A stretch of 64,000 nucleotides of DNA from Phycisphaerae bacterium (GTDB lineage Bacteria > Planctomycetota > Phycisphaerae > UBA1845), in the NCBI GenBank assembly GCA_963666835.2, contig CAXXGO010000006.1:2336001-2400000 (forward strand), read 5' to 3'. The notes under the pieces were generated by a model. It worked only from the letters and a program-made list of their open reading frames with translations. It searched no databases and was not told the origin of the DNA. Position 1 is the stretch's first letter. Each line of letters begins with the position of its first letter. A program made the position numbers and the translations under genes. Of this stretch, positions 9,663 through 19,852 are shown one piece after another.

Positions 9663-10120
9663 TTGCCACCTTTGACTTCTTGCGCGCGCCCGGATTCCCT
9701 GGAGCCTGAACCGTCGGCGCGGGCCATAGCGTCAAGTATTACGAGCAGATTAAGCAGGCCGGCTATTCCCGTGTAGTGAACGCCTACATCGGCCGACAGC
9801 CAATGGCCGAGAAACGGGGAGTCCTCCGCGGGAGCCGGGGTCAACCGGCGGAGCGTACTCGCCGTCAACGCGTACGCGGCCAACGTGTTACCACCGGTGC
9901 CGAGCTGTGCGATGAACCACGCCTTTCTGCTGTGCGGATTCACCGTTGCCGCGCTCCCGCCGATGAAGATGCCCGTCCAGAACGTAGCGCATATCGTGAT
10001 CAGCAGTATCAGTCCGCGAGCACGGTGGCCAAGGTACAGATGTCCAAGCCCCGGCAGGATCCAAGACAGTAGCCCCGCCAGGGGCATTTGGACAGCCGCA
10101 TGTTCTTGGGCTTTCGCCAA
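9659..10120 (-). CDS. Membrane protein, DUF6677-like
   Basis: LSWILPGLGHLYLG...YTGIAGLLNLLVILDA; probable TTG start after AGGAG. Confidence 0.7.
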   Translation of the reverse strand: MAKAQEHAAVQMPLAGLLSWILPGLGHLYLGHRARGLILLITICATFWTGIFIGGSAATVNPHSRKAWFIAQLGTGGNTLAAYALTASTLRRLTPAPAEDSPFLGHWLSADVGVHYTGIAGLLNLLVILDAMARADGSGSRESGRAQEVKGGK

Positions 10121-10131
10121 CGGGCTCACTC

Positions 10132-10371
10132 CTATGCGGAAGACCGGGGGCAACCGCCGCCCCCGTCGCAACATGAATCACACGCACCGCCGGAAGTGGC
10201 GCACGGGGGCAAAGAAGGGTTTCCTGCCCGAGCTGCAAACCGGCTCATTTGCCGGGTGACCTCCGCACCGCCACAGGCCGGGCACGCAGGACGCCTCGGT
10301 TGACGTCCCGAGCGGATCAGCTCCTCAAACGAGTGCTCGCACGATGCGCAGATGTATTCGTAAATCGGCAC
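10132..10371 (-). CDS. FmdB-family zinc-ribbon protein
   Basis: MPIYEYICASCEHSFE...CPACG with a Cys-rich tail. Confidence 0.9.
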   Translation of the reverse strand: MPIYEYICASCEHSFEELIRSGRQPRRPACPACGGAEVTRQMSRFAARAGNPSLPPCATSGGACDSCCDGGGGCPRSSA

Positions 10372-10422
10372 CAGTTACAAGTTCCAGTAGAAGTCGACTA
10401 GCTCGGTCCCTTTCGTAGCCGG

Positions 10423-10451
10423 AGTATAGAGCCCCGGCATGCCGGTCGCAA
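10423..10451 (-). promoter_or_regulatory. Putative sigma-70 promoter for the zinc-ribbon/DUF6677 operon
   Basis: TTGCGA-17bp-TATACT on the minus strand. Confidence 0.55.
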
Positions 10452-10635
10452 CGTGCCTTGCCCGAAGAGATGTTCTCGTTCTCAGGTCCCCGGCGTTGAC
10501 GTCTGCGCTGATGGGCGGAGCGCTCGTGTCGTTTGCCGCGAATCGACGTTGTTGACACATCGAAAGACATTGCCGAAAACCCCGGCGGTGCCGAGAACGG
10601 GGGGCGTGGCCTCCCTTGGGGAGCTGGGGAAGTCC

Positions 10636-11394
10636 ATGAACGGGATCATCAACCTTGATAAGCCGGTGGGGATAACGTCCGCCAAGGCGGTCTACAAGGT
10701 CCGCGCCATCACCGCCCAGCGGAAAAGCGGCCACGCCGGCACTCTCGATCCGGGAGCCAGTGGCGTGTTGGTGGTCTGCCTGGGTAAGGCGACAAAGCTG
10801 GTTGAACTCGTCATGGATCAGCCCAAGGTGTACCGGGCGACGGCCCGCTTGGATGTCACCAGCGCGAGCCTCGATGCCGATCGCCCGATGGAGCCGGTTG
10901 ACGTCGCGGTGATCCCGGCATTTGCCGCGGTCAGTCGAGTTTGTGGATCGTTCGAGGGATTGATCGAGCAGGTGCCGCCGCAGGTAAGCGCTTTGAAGGT
11001 CGGCGGTGTGCCGGCGTACAAGCTGGCGAAGAAGGGCAGTTCCATCAAACTGGCACCACGGCGTGTGCAAGTCTATTGGATGCACGTGCATCGGTACGAG
11101 TGGCCGGAGATTGACTTTGAGGTGGCTTGCGGTCGAGGAACATACGTTCGTGCTCTGATCCGTGATATCGGTGTGAAGCTCGACACCGGGGGCTGCCTGA
11201 CGTCCTTGAGCCGAAAGCAGATCGGCCCTTTTTTGAGCCGAGACGGCTGGTCGTTCGAGCGACTGAGCGCGGCGGACGGACCGGGTGAGTTCCTGATTGA
11301 GTTGGACCGGGCTCGAGATCTGTTGTCCGCGGAGCGCGTAGAAATACCCTCGCGACCTGAACAAACTCCCGCCTCGGAATCTCAGGACGATTGA
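10636..11394 (+). CDS. truB: tRNA pseudouridine(55) synthase
   Basis: LDKPVGITS, GHAGTLDP, QVPPQVSALKVGG, CGRGTYVRAL. Confidence 0.95.
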   Translation: MNGIINLDKPVGITSAKAVYKVRAITAQRKSGHAGTLDPGASGVLVVCLGKATKLVELVMDQPKVYRATARLDVTSASLDADRPMEPVDVAVIPAFAAVSRVCGSFEGLIEQVPPQVSALKVGGVPAYKLAKKGSSIKLAPRRVQVYWMHVHRYEWPEIDFEVACGRGTYVRALIRDIGVKLDTGGCLTSLSRKQIGPFLSRDGWSFERLSAADGPGEFLIELDRARDLLSAERVEIPSRPEQTPASESQDD

Positions 11395-11558
11395 CGCGAG
11401 GATGTGAACGCCCCGGTGGCTACGGAACATCGGCCGGCCCGGCAGCGGTCCGGCTTGACAAGAACGCCGAATACGTCGACCGTGCGCGTCGGCATCAGAG
11501 CCCGCGAACGACCGGCGGAACGGTTGTGGGGCTTGCCGAGTTGCAGCGTGAGAACCGA

Positions 11559-12050
11559 ATGGACGCGGTGGTTTGTGGGATTGACCCCGGACTGGGCACG
11601 ACCGGGTATGCGGTAGTGCGCACGGGAAGCAACCGAGGTGTGATCGATGCCGGGGTCTGCCGGTTCGACGGGAGCCGCCCCCTGGCCGAGCGGCTCGCGG
11701 CGGTCGATCATGACATCTCCGCCATTCTGAGCGAGCATCATCCCGACGTCGTAGCCGTAGAGCAATTGTACTCGCACTATGCTCACCCCCGCACGGCGAT
11801 CCTGATGGGCCATGCCCGCGGGGTCATTCTAGCGGCGGCGGCCCGGCTCGAAATCGAGGTTCGGAGTTTCGCCGCAACCCAGATTAAGCGACATCTCACC
11901 GGTAACGGGCGAGCGACCAAGGTTCAAATGCAGCGCGCCGTGAAAACGACTCTCGGGCTTGCCGTGCTGCCTGAGCCGGCCGACGTGGCCGACGCTCTCG
12001 CGATTGCTCTGTGTTGCGGGGCTCATTGCTCCGCGGAGGTGATCTCGTGA
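11559..12050 (+). CDS. ruvC: Holliday junction resolvase
   Basis: GIDPGLGTTG, VAVE, GHARG, GNGRATK, ADALAIA. Confidence 0.96.
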   Translation: MDAVVCGIDPGLGTTGYAVVRTGSNRGVIDAGVCRFDGSRPLAERLAAVDHDISAILSEHHPDVVAVEQLYSHYAHPRTAILMGHARGVILAAAARLEIEVRSFAATQIKRHLTGNGRATKVQMQRAVKTTLGLAVLPEPADVADALAIALCCGAHCSAEVIS

Positions 12051-12679
12051 TTGTCCGCCTTACCGGTACGATGATCGAAGTTACGGAGGAATCCGTGGTT
12101 GTTGAGCGCGAAGGGGTGGCTCGTGAGGTCCTGATTCCGAGCTTTGCGGTGGCGGAACTTGCAGCATACCGCGGGCAGGTCGTAACCCTCCATACGATCG
12201 AGTTCTTCGAAGGTAATCAGGCATCCGGGCAGTTGGTCCCGCGGATTCTCGGGTTCCTTCACGAGGAGGATCGGTTATTCTTCACCCGGTTCGTTGCGGT
12301 GAAGGGCATCGGTCCGCGGAAAGCCTTGAAGGCTCTGGCGGAGCCGGTGAGACGGATCGCTACGTGGATCGAGTCGGGCGATGCGAAGGCCATGGTCCGG
12401 CTGCCGGGAATCGGAAAACGCGCGGCGGAACTGATTGTGGCGTCGTTGCGGGGGAAGATGGACGATCTGGCGCTGCCTGCGGAGGAGGACAGCGTTACCG
12501 AGGCCGTCCAACTGAGCCGGTCGCAACGCGACGCTCTGGAGATCCTGGTGGCGTGGGGCGACTCACGCAATGACTCTGAAAGATGGCTGCAACGTGCTGC
12601 CCAGCTTCATCCGGATGTCGAGACCGCCGACGAATGGGTCCGTGCTGCGTATCGGATCAAGACCGGCTCCGAAGGATGA
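12047..12679 (+). CDS. ruvA: Holliday junction branch migration protein RuvA
   Basis: HhH motifs VKGIGPRKA and LPGIGKRAAE; between ruvC and ruvB. Confidence 0.93.
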   Translation: MIVRLTGTMIEVTEESVVVEREGVAREVLIPSFAVAELAAYRGQVVTLHTIEFFEGNQASGQLVPRILGFLHEEDRLFFTRFVAVKGIGPRKALKALAEPVRRIATWIESGDAKAMVRLPGIGKRAAELIVASLRGKMDDLALPAEEDSVTEAVQLSRSQRDALEILVAWGDSRNDSERWLQRAAQLHPDVETADEWVRAAYRIKTGSEG

Positions 12680-12800
12680 GTGATGGCTGCCGTGCGCGGA
12701 ACGATTCGTTTCGGAGCCGGCATCCGCGATGTGGCTCCGGGCAGTCGAGGTTCGGTTGCGGGTGCTCTTGTTCCACCGAATGAGCGTTTAGTGTGAGCTA

Positions 12801-13844
12801 ATGGCCAGAGACCGCTTGATATCCGGCGATAGTCGCGAGGTGGATAGGCCGATTGACGCGGCGCTGCGCCCCCAGAGGATTGCCGATATGGTGGGGCAGC
12901 GCGCGGTGCTCGACAAGCTCGACATCGCCATGGCGGCCGCCAGGAAACGCGGGGAGCCGCTGGAGCACATCCTGCTCGACGGTCCTCCCGGACTGGGCAA
13001 AACTACGTTGGCGAACGTGGTCGCCCGGGAGATGGTAGGCAAGCCGGCACGGGTGACGTCCGGCCCGTCGTTGGCCAAGCAGGCGGACCTGATGACCCTG
13101 TTGACCAACCTCGAAGAAGGCGACGTTCTGTTCATCGACGAGGTACACCGCCTGCCGACCGTGGTAGAGGAGTTCCTATATCCGGCGATGGAGGACTTTC
13201 GAGTCGATTTTACGATCGAAGGCGGCTTGAGTGGTCGCGTGGTCAACTTCGCCCTGCGGCGGTATACCCTGATCGGGGCGACGACCCGGGCGGGAATGCT
13301 CAGCGGGGCGATGCGGGATCGGTTCGGACACCGTTATCACCTGGAGTTCTACTCCACGAAGGACCTGGCCGAGATTCTGCACCGGTCGGCCGCGAAGCTG
13401 CAACTTGAATCGGAAGCGGGAGCGCTGGAGTTGATCGCGGCGCGGAGCCGCGGCACCCCCCGGGTGGCGAACCGTCTGCTCAAGCGCGTTCGCGATTATG
13501 CTCAGGTGCGGGCCGACGGGGTATTGGCCGGCACGGTCGTCGAGGAAGCGCTTGAGATTCAACAGGTTGACCACTTGGGGTTGGACGAGCTTGACCGCAG
13601 TTTCCTGACCACGCTCATCAAGATCTACGATGGAGGACCCGCCGGTATCGAGGCCCTCGCTGCGACGATGGGGCAGGAGCGGGACACTCTGGAGGATATG
13701 GTCGAGCCTTATCTGCTGCAGATCGGCTTTGTCATCCGGACGCGTCAAGGGCGGCAGGCAACGCGAGATGCCTACGCGCATCTCGGTTTGCCGCTGGACT
13801 GCAAGAAGGGGCCAGATCCGGCGGATCAGCAGACCTTGTTCTGA
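12801..13844 (+). CDS. ruvB: Holliday junction branch migration ATPase RuvB
   Basis: GPPGLGKTT, LFIDEVHR, LYPAMED, GATTR, RGTPRVANRLL, VEPYL. Confidence 0.98.
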   Translation: MARDRLISGDSREVDRPIDAALRPQRIADMVGQRAVLDKLDIAMAAARKRGEPLEHILLDGPPGLGKTTLANVVAREMVGKPARVTSGPSLAKQADLMTLLTNLEEGDVLFIDEVHRLPTVVEEFLYPAMEDFRVDFTIEGGLSGRVVNFALRRYTLIGATTRAGMLSGAMRDRFGHRYHLEFYSTKDLAEILHRSAAKLQLESEAGALELIAARSRGTPRVANRLLKRVRDYAQVRADGVLAGTVVEEALEIQQVDHLGLDELDRSFLTTLIKIYDGGPAGIEALAATMGQERDTLEDMVEPYLLQIGFVIRTRQGRQATRDAYAHLGLPLDCKKGPDPADQQTLF

Positions 13845-13972
13845 TCGTCTGGGTGCCCTGGTGAGGGTTTGGTGAGATGTTGTTCACCGGGGTTGTCTGC
13901 CTGATGGCACTGAGTTCACCGAGTGGGGGAGGTTGGACGGTGGGGATTCTGCAGACAGCCGGGAATTCGCGT

Positions 13973-14815
13973 ATGAAAGTCAAGGTCGCCAGCTCGTACG
14001 GTTTCTGCATTGGGGTCAAGGATGCCATCCGGATTGCCGAGGCTGCGGTGCACGAGCGCGGTCACGGGCGGGTAGTGGCCTTGGGGCCGGTTATTCACAA
14101 TCCACAGGTTGTGAAGAGGTTGGAGGATGCCGGATTGGACCAGTCGGGCGATCTGGAGACCGTGGCCCCTTCGCAGGCGGTGCTGGTGCGTTCGCACGGT
14201 GCGTCCCCGGAGACCTTCCGGCGAGCCAAGGCGCGAGGTCTGGAGATCATCGACGCAACGTGCGCGCTTGTGCGGCGAGCTCAAGCGGTGGTGGGGCAAC
14301 TGCACCAGGAGGGATATCGGGTGGTGATGATCGGGGATCCCAACCACCCGGAGGTCCGTGGGGTTGTGGGGTACGCTCCGAACGTGACCGTGTTGGATCG
14401 AGGCACGGATTTCGAGGAGGCTCTCCCGCGCAAGGGGAAGCTGGGAATCGTCGCGCAGACGACTCACTCGCCGGAGCACGTGGCGGAGGTGATATCTGAG
14501 ATCCTCAAGCGTCCTTATCGTGAGGTGAAGATCGTCAACACCCTTTGCCGGGAGGTCACGCGTCGGCAGGAAGCGGCCGCAGTTCTCGCCCGGGAGGTGG
14601 ACGTGATGTTCGTTCTCGGCGGGCTTCGGTCGGCCAATACGAGAGAGATGGCGCGCCTGTGCCGTGAGACGGGCTGTGCAACGTATCACCTGGAGACATG
14701 GCAGCAGTTTGAGCCGGAGATGGTTCAAGGGCGGAGTACCGCCGGAGTGTCGGCAGGGACGTCTACGCCGGATGACGTGATCGACGAGTTCGTCTGTAAC
14801 CTCGAAGCCCTCTGA
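13973..14815 (+). CDS. ispH: 4-hydroxy-3-methylbut-2-enyl diphosphate reductase
   Basis: GFCIGV, IHN, RSHG, DATC, HPEV, QTT, TLC, SANT, AGTSTP. Confidence 0.95.
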   Translation: MKVKVASSYGFCIGVKDAIRIAEAAVHERGHGRVVALGPVIHNPQVVKRLEDAGLDQSGDLETVAPSQAVLVRSHGASPETFRRAKARGLEIIDATCALVRRAQAVVGQLHQEGYRVVMIGDPNHPEVRGVVGYAPNVTVLDRGTDFEEALPRKGKLGIVAQTTHSPEHVAEVISEILKRPYREVKIVNTLCREVTRRQEAAAVLAREVDVMFVLGGLRSANTREMARLCRETGCATYHLETWQQFEPEMVQGRSTAGVSAGTSTPDDVIDEFVCNLEAL

Positions 14816-14962
14816 ATCATCCTTCGAACAACCGTAGCGCGGGGGCGGTTCGGAATCGGAAAAGGGGGCCGCGTTCCTTTTCCATCGCGGCGCGGTATCA
14901 TTCGTGGGGTATCCGAGAGTATCGGACCGATTGGACGCACGCTACGTGGGGATGCGCACGCA

Positions 14963-16465
14963 TTGCTGAGCCAAACGTTCACAACACTCTGGTGGCTGGG
15001 CTTCTGGACGGCAGTTGGCTTGTGCGTGGGCAGCTTTCTCAACGTGGTGATCTACCGCCTGCCGCGCAATAAGTCGTTGCGTAAGCCGTTGTGGTCGGCT
15101 TGTCCGCACTGTCATCACCGGATCCGCTGGTACGACAACCTCCCCATCTTCAGCTTCGTGGCTCTGCGCGGCAGGTGCCGGGACTGCAAGATGCCGATCT
15201 CCACGCGTTACCTGGTGATCGAAGGGGCGATGGCGATCATCGCGTTGATGTTGCTCGACGCGTTCTTCGTCGGTCAGACTCGTCCGGGGCTGAGCCTGAG
15301 CGAGTTCGGTCTGACGGACAAGCTCGCGACCGACTGGCCCATCCTGGTCGCCCACCTGATTCTGTTTGCATGTTTGGTATCGATGTCGGCTATCGACCTC
15401 GAGCATTACTGGGTCGACGTTCGCTTCACCAATCTCGCGACGATTGCCGGGTTCGTGTTGCACGCCATCTGGACGCCCCGACACAGTGAGGCCTGGATTC
15501 GGCCGGACGACGCGACGGCGGTCGGGGCGCTGTTTGCGGTCTTCGGGCTTGGTGTGGTCTGGATGATCCTGATATGCCAGCCACACGTTGATCAGGAAGA
15601 CTGCGGTGAGTCCGAGCCGGGATCGGAAGAGCACGAGGAACCACCCGAGCCGCCCGCGACGGATCCGCGGCTGCTAATGGACGCACCGTCGCGCTGGTCG
15701 GGATGGGCTACCATGTTGGTCCTGGGCATGCTGTTGTTCTTTATGTCCTTGGTTTTGACCGGACATCCGTCGCTTCGCCACGGTTTGCGGGCCGGGCTGC
15801 CGCTATTCCTGTTCTTCCTGGTAATCGTGCGCGAGAGCATGGTGAACCGAGTGTCGGATCAGGAGATCGTCGACACCATCCAGGAGGAGCGTTTCGATGC
15901 TCGTCGCACCGTGCTCGCCGAGCTGGCGGTGCTGCTTCCGGCCGCGGTCCTCGGGGCGGTGGGGGTGTGGCTGATGCTCGGAAACGAAGGGTTCGCATCG
16001 CGCGTGAGTGAGGCCCTCCATCGTAACGTCGGTACCTGGGGTATTGCCCTGTTTCGCCATTGGACCCCGCTGCAGGGGATCGGCACGGCGGCGGCTGGAT
16101 ACGTGATTGCCGGAGCGTTGGGCTGGATCGTGCGGATTGTATTCACGCTGGTTTTCGGCAAGGAGGCCTTCGGAGTCGGCGACATCCACTTGATGGCGGC
16201 CGCGGGTTGTATCGCCGGCTGGCCGGTCGTGTTGCTGGGGTTCTTCGGGGCGTGCGGGTTTGCCCTGGTCGGCTGGTTGCTTGCGCTTCCGATCAAGCGT
16301 GCCCGAGCCTTGCCGCTGGGCCCTTGGCTGTGTTTGTCCTTCTTGACTGTGATCCTCTTCCTAGGCCCGATCCTCGATAGCTCAACCATAAGGAACGTGT
16401 TGAGCGTGATCGACATGTTGTTTTATGATAACTCACAGGTGTGGGTCCCCGGTCTGATCTTCTGA
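14963..16465 (+). CDS. pilD: Prepilin peptidase (A24) with a large central insertion
   Basis: GSFLNVVIYRLP, CPHC/CRDC, first Asp in IDLEH, second in FGVGDIHL, LPLGPWL. Confidence 0.88.
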   Translation: MLSQTFTTLWWLGFWTAVGLCVGSFLNVVIYRLPRNKSLRKPLWSACPHCHHRIRWYDNLPIFSFVALRGRCRDCKMPISTRYLVIEGAMAIIALMLLDAFFVGQTRPGLSLSEFGLTDKLATDWPILVAHLILFACLVSMSAIDLEHYWVDVRFTNLATIAGFVLHAIWTPRHSEAWIRPDDATAVGALFAVFGLGVVWMILICQPHVDQEDCGESEPGSEEHEEPPEPPATDPRLLMDAPSRWSGWATMLVLGMLLFFMSLVLTGHPSLRHGLRAGLPLFLFFLVIVRESMVNRVSDQEIVDTIQEERFDARRTVLAELAVLLPAAVLGAVGVWLMLGNEGFASRVSEALHRNVGTWGIALFRHWTPLQGIGTAAAGYVIAGALGWIVRIVFTLVFGKEAFGVGDIHLMAAAGCIAGWPVVLLGFFGACGFALVGWLLALPIKRARALPLGPWLCLSFLTVILFLGPILDSSTIRNVLSVIDMLFYDNSQVWVPGLIF

Positions 16466-16661
16466 GTCTTGCATCCGTCGCCTGCGCAGCCTATCTTCAC
16501 ATGCGTAATATTCCGTGTTTGGTGATTGCCTGACACTGGGTATCGGAGGGGAGCGTTGTGGACGGCGCGTCTGTCATGGGGCGGTTCAGGGTGGCCGGGG
16601 ACGAGCCGGACGAGTGCGACACGGCGGTGGCTCTATCGACCATGCGGTGAAGGAGAAGAGG

Positions 16662-17333
16662 ATGATCAAGCGACGGATTACTACGGTGGCTCTCGGGTTG
16701 CTCGTGACGGTGGCTTCGGTCGGGTGCGCGAACCGCGCCCAGGACCGCATCGCCATGCTGGAGCAGGCCAACTATGAACTGACCGAACGCGTCAACGAAG
16801 GACGATCCGAGATAGACGCTGCGCTCGGCGAACGGGACGATCTCTATCAGCGCCTTGAGGCTGCCCTTCGCGAGCTGGACGATCTGAATGCTCAACTGGC
16901 CGCGATGCCGGAACCGGGGGCACAGGCACCCGGATGGACGGCGGTTCCCGGCGGAGCCATGATCGCTATCGAAGGGGAGATCCTCTTTCGATCAGGTAAG
17001 ACGACTGTGCGCGAGGAGGCCCGGCGAGCACTCGACGCGATCGTAAGCGCCGTGCAGGGCGACTACGCGGGTAAGCAGGTGTTTGTCTTCGGGCATACCG
17101 ATGACACTCCGATCAAAAAGAGCGGTTGGAAGGATAACTGGCAACTGAGTACGGAGCGGGCCCTGGCGGTGGCGCGTCATCTGCGGGACCAAGGGGTCGC
17201 GCCGGGGCGAATAGTGGCCTGCGGCTGCGGCGAGTATCGGCCCCGCATCGAGAACAGCTCCGGGCCCAACCGGGCCCGCAATCGCCGCGTGGAGATTTTT
17301 GCGATCGATCCGACGATATTAGGTGACATGTAG
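16662..17333 (+). CDS. OmpA/MotB-family lipoprotein with a coiled coil
   Basis: Lipobox SVGC, GHTDDTPI, NWQLSTERA, NRRVEI; AAGGAG RBS. Confidence 0.9.
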   Translation: MIKRRITTVALGLLVTVASVGCANRAQDRIAMLEQANYELTERVNEGRSEIDAALGERDDLYQRLEAALRELDDLNAQLAAMPEPGAQAPGWTAVPGGAMIAIEGEILFRSGKTTVREEARRALDAIVSAVQGDYAGKQVFVFGHTDDTPIKKSGWKDNWQLSTERALAVARHLRDQGVAPGRIVACGCGEYRPRIENSSGPNRARNRRVEIFAIDPTILGDM

Positions 17334-17369
17334 CTGTCATTAGGTGGCATGTGGCTGTTGCGAATCCCC

Positions 17370-17430
17370 GTAACGCAGGCTTCCAGCCTGCCTCCCGGGT
17401 GCGTCCCCGTAGCGCAGGCTTCCAGCCTGC
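17370..17430 (+). repeat. Two GTAR REP copies between convergent genes, 39-bp period
   Basis: Copies at 17370 and 17409. Confidence 0.9.
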
Positions 17431-17568
17431 CTCCTGGTACACGGGCTCGGCTCCCGGGGAAAGATCTTGACCGACCTTCCGGGCAGCCGCCCCGGCCCAC
17501 GTTCTTATAGATGGGGTACTCGTGTTGGTTCGCGCGTTGGGCGACAAACCGCACGCAGGATGCCTATG

Positions 17569-18327
17569 CTACGCGAAGGCGTCCGGCGGGGGATCGCGAA
17601 GATCGACGTCCCAGGTGTCGGGGATTCTCTGCTCGATAATCTCCGCCGCCAGGTTGAACCAGATCGGACACCGGTCGAGGATTGCGGAATCGCTGGTCGC
17701 AACCGGTTCGGAGCATGTAGACAAAACGCGATCGGGACTATCCACCAGTTCAACGACCCAGATCGGCTGAGCTTTTCCCGTGGCGTTACGTTGCTCAGCC
17801 AGCTCGCCCATGAGCGTCTTCAGCCGTCCGCTGTTTGACACCGGGCGGTCAAGATACCAGTACACACGGGCGACACCGAGCAACGAGAGATAGTCGGCGA
17901 TTACAGAAACAGCCGGAACGGTCTCTGCGACCGCGCGGTACGTGCCGTGAACGCTGGCCAGATCGCGACAGCAGCCGTCACGCCCCCGGAGCACCAATCC
18001 GCCCGAAAGGGCGCTTTCGATCGTGATGAGCACGTTGTATCCGTCAATCCGAACGGTTCTTCCGCGGCATTTGTCGACTGCCATCCGGGTAGTAGTCCGA
18101 TGGGCCAGCGCCTGATCCGAACAGGACGACCGCATCACCGCCTGCCTCTGGCGTACGGCCAAACCGTGCCGGTCGCCGACGATCTTCAATCCGGACTCCA
18201 CGGCGTAACCCCTGGTCAGCAGCCAGGAGTACTCGGCCACGGCCAGCCGCAGCTTGCGGTGATTGACCTCCCCGAAAAGGCGATCGTCGTTCGGGTGTTT
18301 GCCTCTATGTCGACGTCGGTCCGGCAT
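17569..18327 (-). CDS. DUF434 domain-containing protein
   Basis: WLLTRGY..GDRHGL N-terminus, IDGYNVLITIE, RDLASVHGTY, LDRPVSNSGRL, TSDSAILD. Confidence 0.8.
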   Translation of the reverse strand: MPDRRRHRGKHPNDDRLFGEVNHRKLRLAVAEYSWLLTRGYAVESGLKIVGDRHGLAVRQRQAVMRSSCSDQALAHRTTTRMAVDKCRGRTVRIDGYNVLITIESALSGGLVLRGRDGCCRDLASVHGTYRAVAETVPAVSVIADYLSLLGVARVYWYLDRPVSNSGRLKTLMGELAEQRNATGKAQPIWVVELVDSPDRVLSTCSEPVATSDSAILDRCPIWFNLAAEIIEQRIPDTWDVDLRDPPPDAFA

Positions 18328-18718
18328 TACCTGGCAACCTATGGGCGATCGGCCACCGGAGGCGCAATCGGCTGGTTCGATGCCACCCATCATATCCGAA
18401 ACCTGTGCGCGGTTCCGTCTCCCGGGAGTCGTTCGCCATACTCAGCTTACGAAGGGGGACAAAGAGGGCGATCGCAAGGCGAGGATCGCTCCAACGTCCC
18501 GACACGCCGGAGTCTACGGGCTTTGCGAGGAAGCGCATGGACATGCGATGCTGGTGGCATCGCCGGTCTACCCGGGAATTCCGATGCTGTCCCTTTCACG
18601 CGCGCTCGCCATCGGCGAAAATCAATACGTCAGGCGGCCCACGCGCGCCGATGAACATCATAGAGAGTACCCCGGTATAACCGGGTCTGGGTGGCGTAAA
18701 TCAAGTGATTTTGAAAGC

Positions 18719-19828
18719 ATGCAAACCGCGATGAAAAGAGCTCATTTCGGCGTCCGTTTGGTGGCTGCAGGTGTTGTGCTCGTTGGGTCGACCATTGCGA
18801 TTGGGCAAGAACCCAAGCGCGCGGCAGCCGCACGCCGGTTGACCGAGGCCGAGTTGATTGAGCGGATCGAGCGGGGAGCCGAAGCAAAGGACAATGTCTC
18901 GGCCGAGGCTCGGCTGATGTTGCACGGAATGCGGATTCACTCGGTCAACGCGCTGCTGGAGGCTTATCCTAAATCCGAGTACCGAGCCCGAGCCCTCGCG
19001 GCTAAGCTAGAAGCTCTGGCATCCCTGGCTCGCCTGCAACCGCAGTATCTCGAACAACTTCTCAAACTTACCGAGGAGATCAGCGCGGGCGATCCAAAGG
19101 AACCGCTCGCTTCCGAGAATGCCTTCTATGCCATACAGGCTTTCGTCGCCGCCGCGCGATTGGAGAAGATGCCGCAGGATCGCCGGAATTACGGCTCGAT
19201 CGAACGCTACAACGCGTTTCTTGCGGACCATCCATCCTCCGAGCACCGCCCGATTATCTGGGCCAGTCTGATTCGCTCGTTGATAGAGGTTGGTAATACG
19301 GAACGGGCTGCTGCCGAGCTGGTGAGATTCACTGCTGAGTATCCCGAGCACCCGGCCATGACCCGCGCTCGCGGAGAGGTCAACCGGGTTCGGTCCGTCG
19401 GGAAGCCATTCAAGACCCAGCTTGATGCGTTCAGCGGGGCGAAGATCGACACCGGCGATTACCTGGGCAAGGTGGTCGTCATCTACTTCCGACTGGACCG
19501 CGGCGACGCGGCCGTGGAAGACCTTGCGGTACTTCGTGCCCTTCACGAGAAGTACGCCAAGCGCGGGTTGCGTTTGGTCGGGGTTCATGTCGTCGCTGAC
19601 AAGAGTTTGTTGAACCAGTCGTTTCCTGCTACCGATGATCTGCCCTGGCCACACCATCGTGCGGAGAAAGGTCTGCAAAGCGAAGTGCTTATCCGGTTTG
19701 GGGTCAGCAGGTTCCCGGCGTATTACGTTGTGGATCGGCGCGGAGTTCTGCGCACTACCGATCCCGGTGAGGGACTTTCCGACCTGATCGAGAAACTCCT
19801 GGCCGAGCCGGCCGCCGATGCGGGGTAG
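18719..19828 (+). CDS. Exported helical-repeat plus TlpA/redoxin-fold protein lacking CxxC
   Basis: Signal-like N-terminus; GKVVVIYF..., LHEKY..GLRLVGV, FGVSRFPAYYVVDRRG. Confidence 0.75.
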   Translation: MQTAMKRAHFGVRLVAAGVVLVGSTIAIGQEPKRAAAARRLTEAELIERIERGAEAKDNVSAEARLMLHGMRIHSVNALLEAYPKSEYRARALAAKLEALASLARLQPQYLEQLLKLTEEISAGDPKEPLASENAFYAIQAFVAAARLEKMPQDRRNYGSIERYNAFLADHPSSEHRPIIWASLIRSLIEVGNTERAAAELVRFTAEYPEHPAMTRARGEVNRVRSVGKPFKTQLDAFSGAKIDTGDYLGKVVVIYFRLDRGDAAVEDLAVLRALHEKYAKRGLRLVGVHVVADKSLLNQSFPATDDLPWPHHRAEKGLQSEVLIRFGVSRFPAYYVVDRRGVLRTTDPGEGLSDLIEKLLAEPAADAG

Positions 19829-19852
19829 ACCTCCTTTGGTCTTATTGCTCTT

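Noticed and set aside
10372..10635. Riboswitch or ncRNA between the zinc-ribbon gene and truB
   Set aside because: No recognisable RNA motif; adequately explained as a divergent promoter region
17319..17360. 21-bp imperfect tandem duplication spanning the OmpA stop codon
   Set aside because: Only two units and no other copies; probably local slippage
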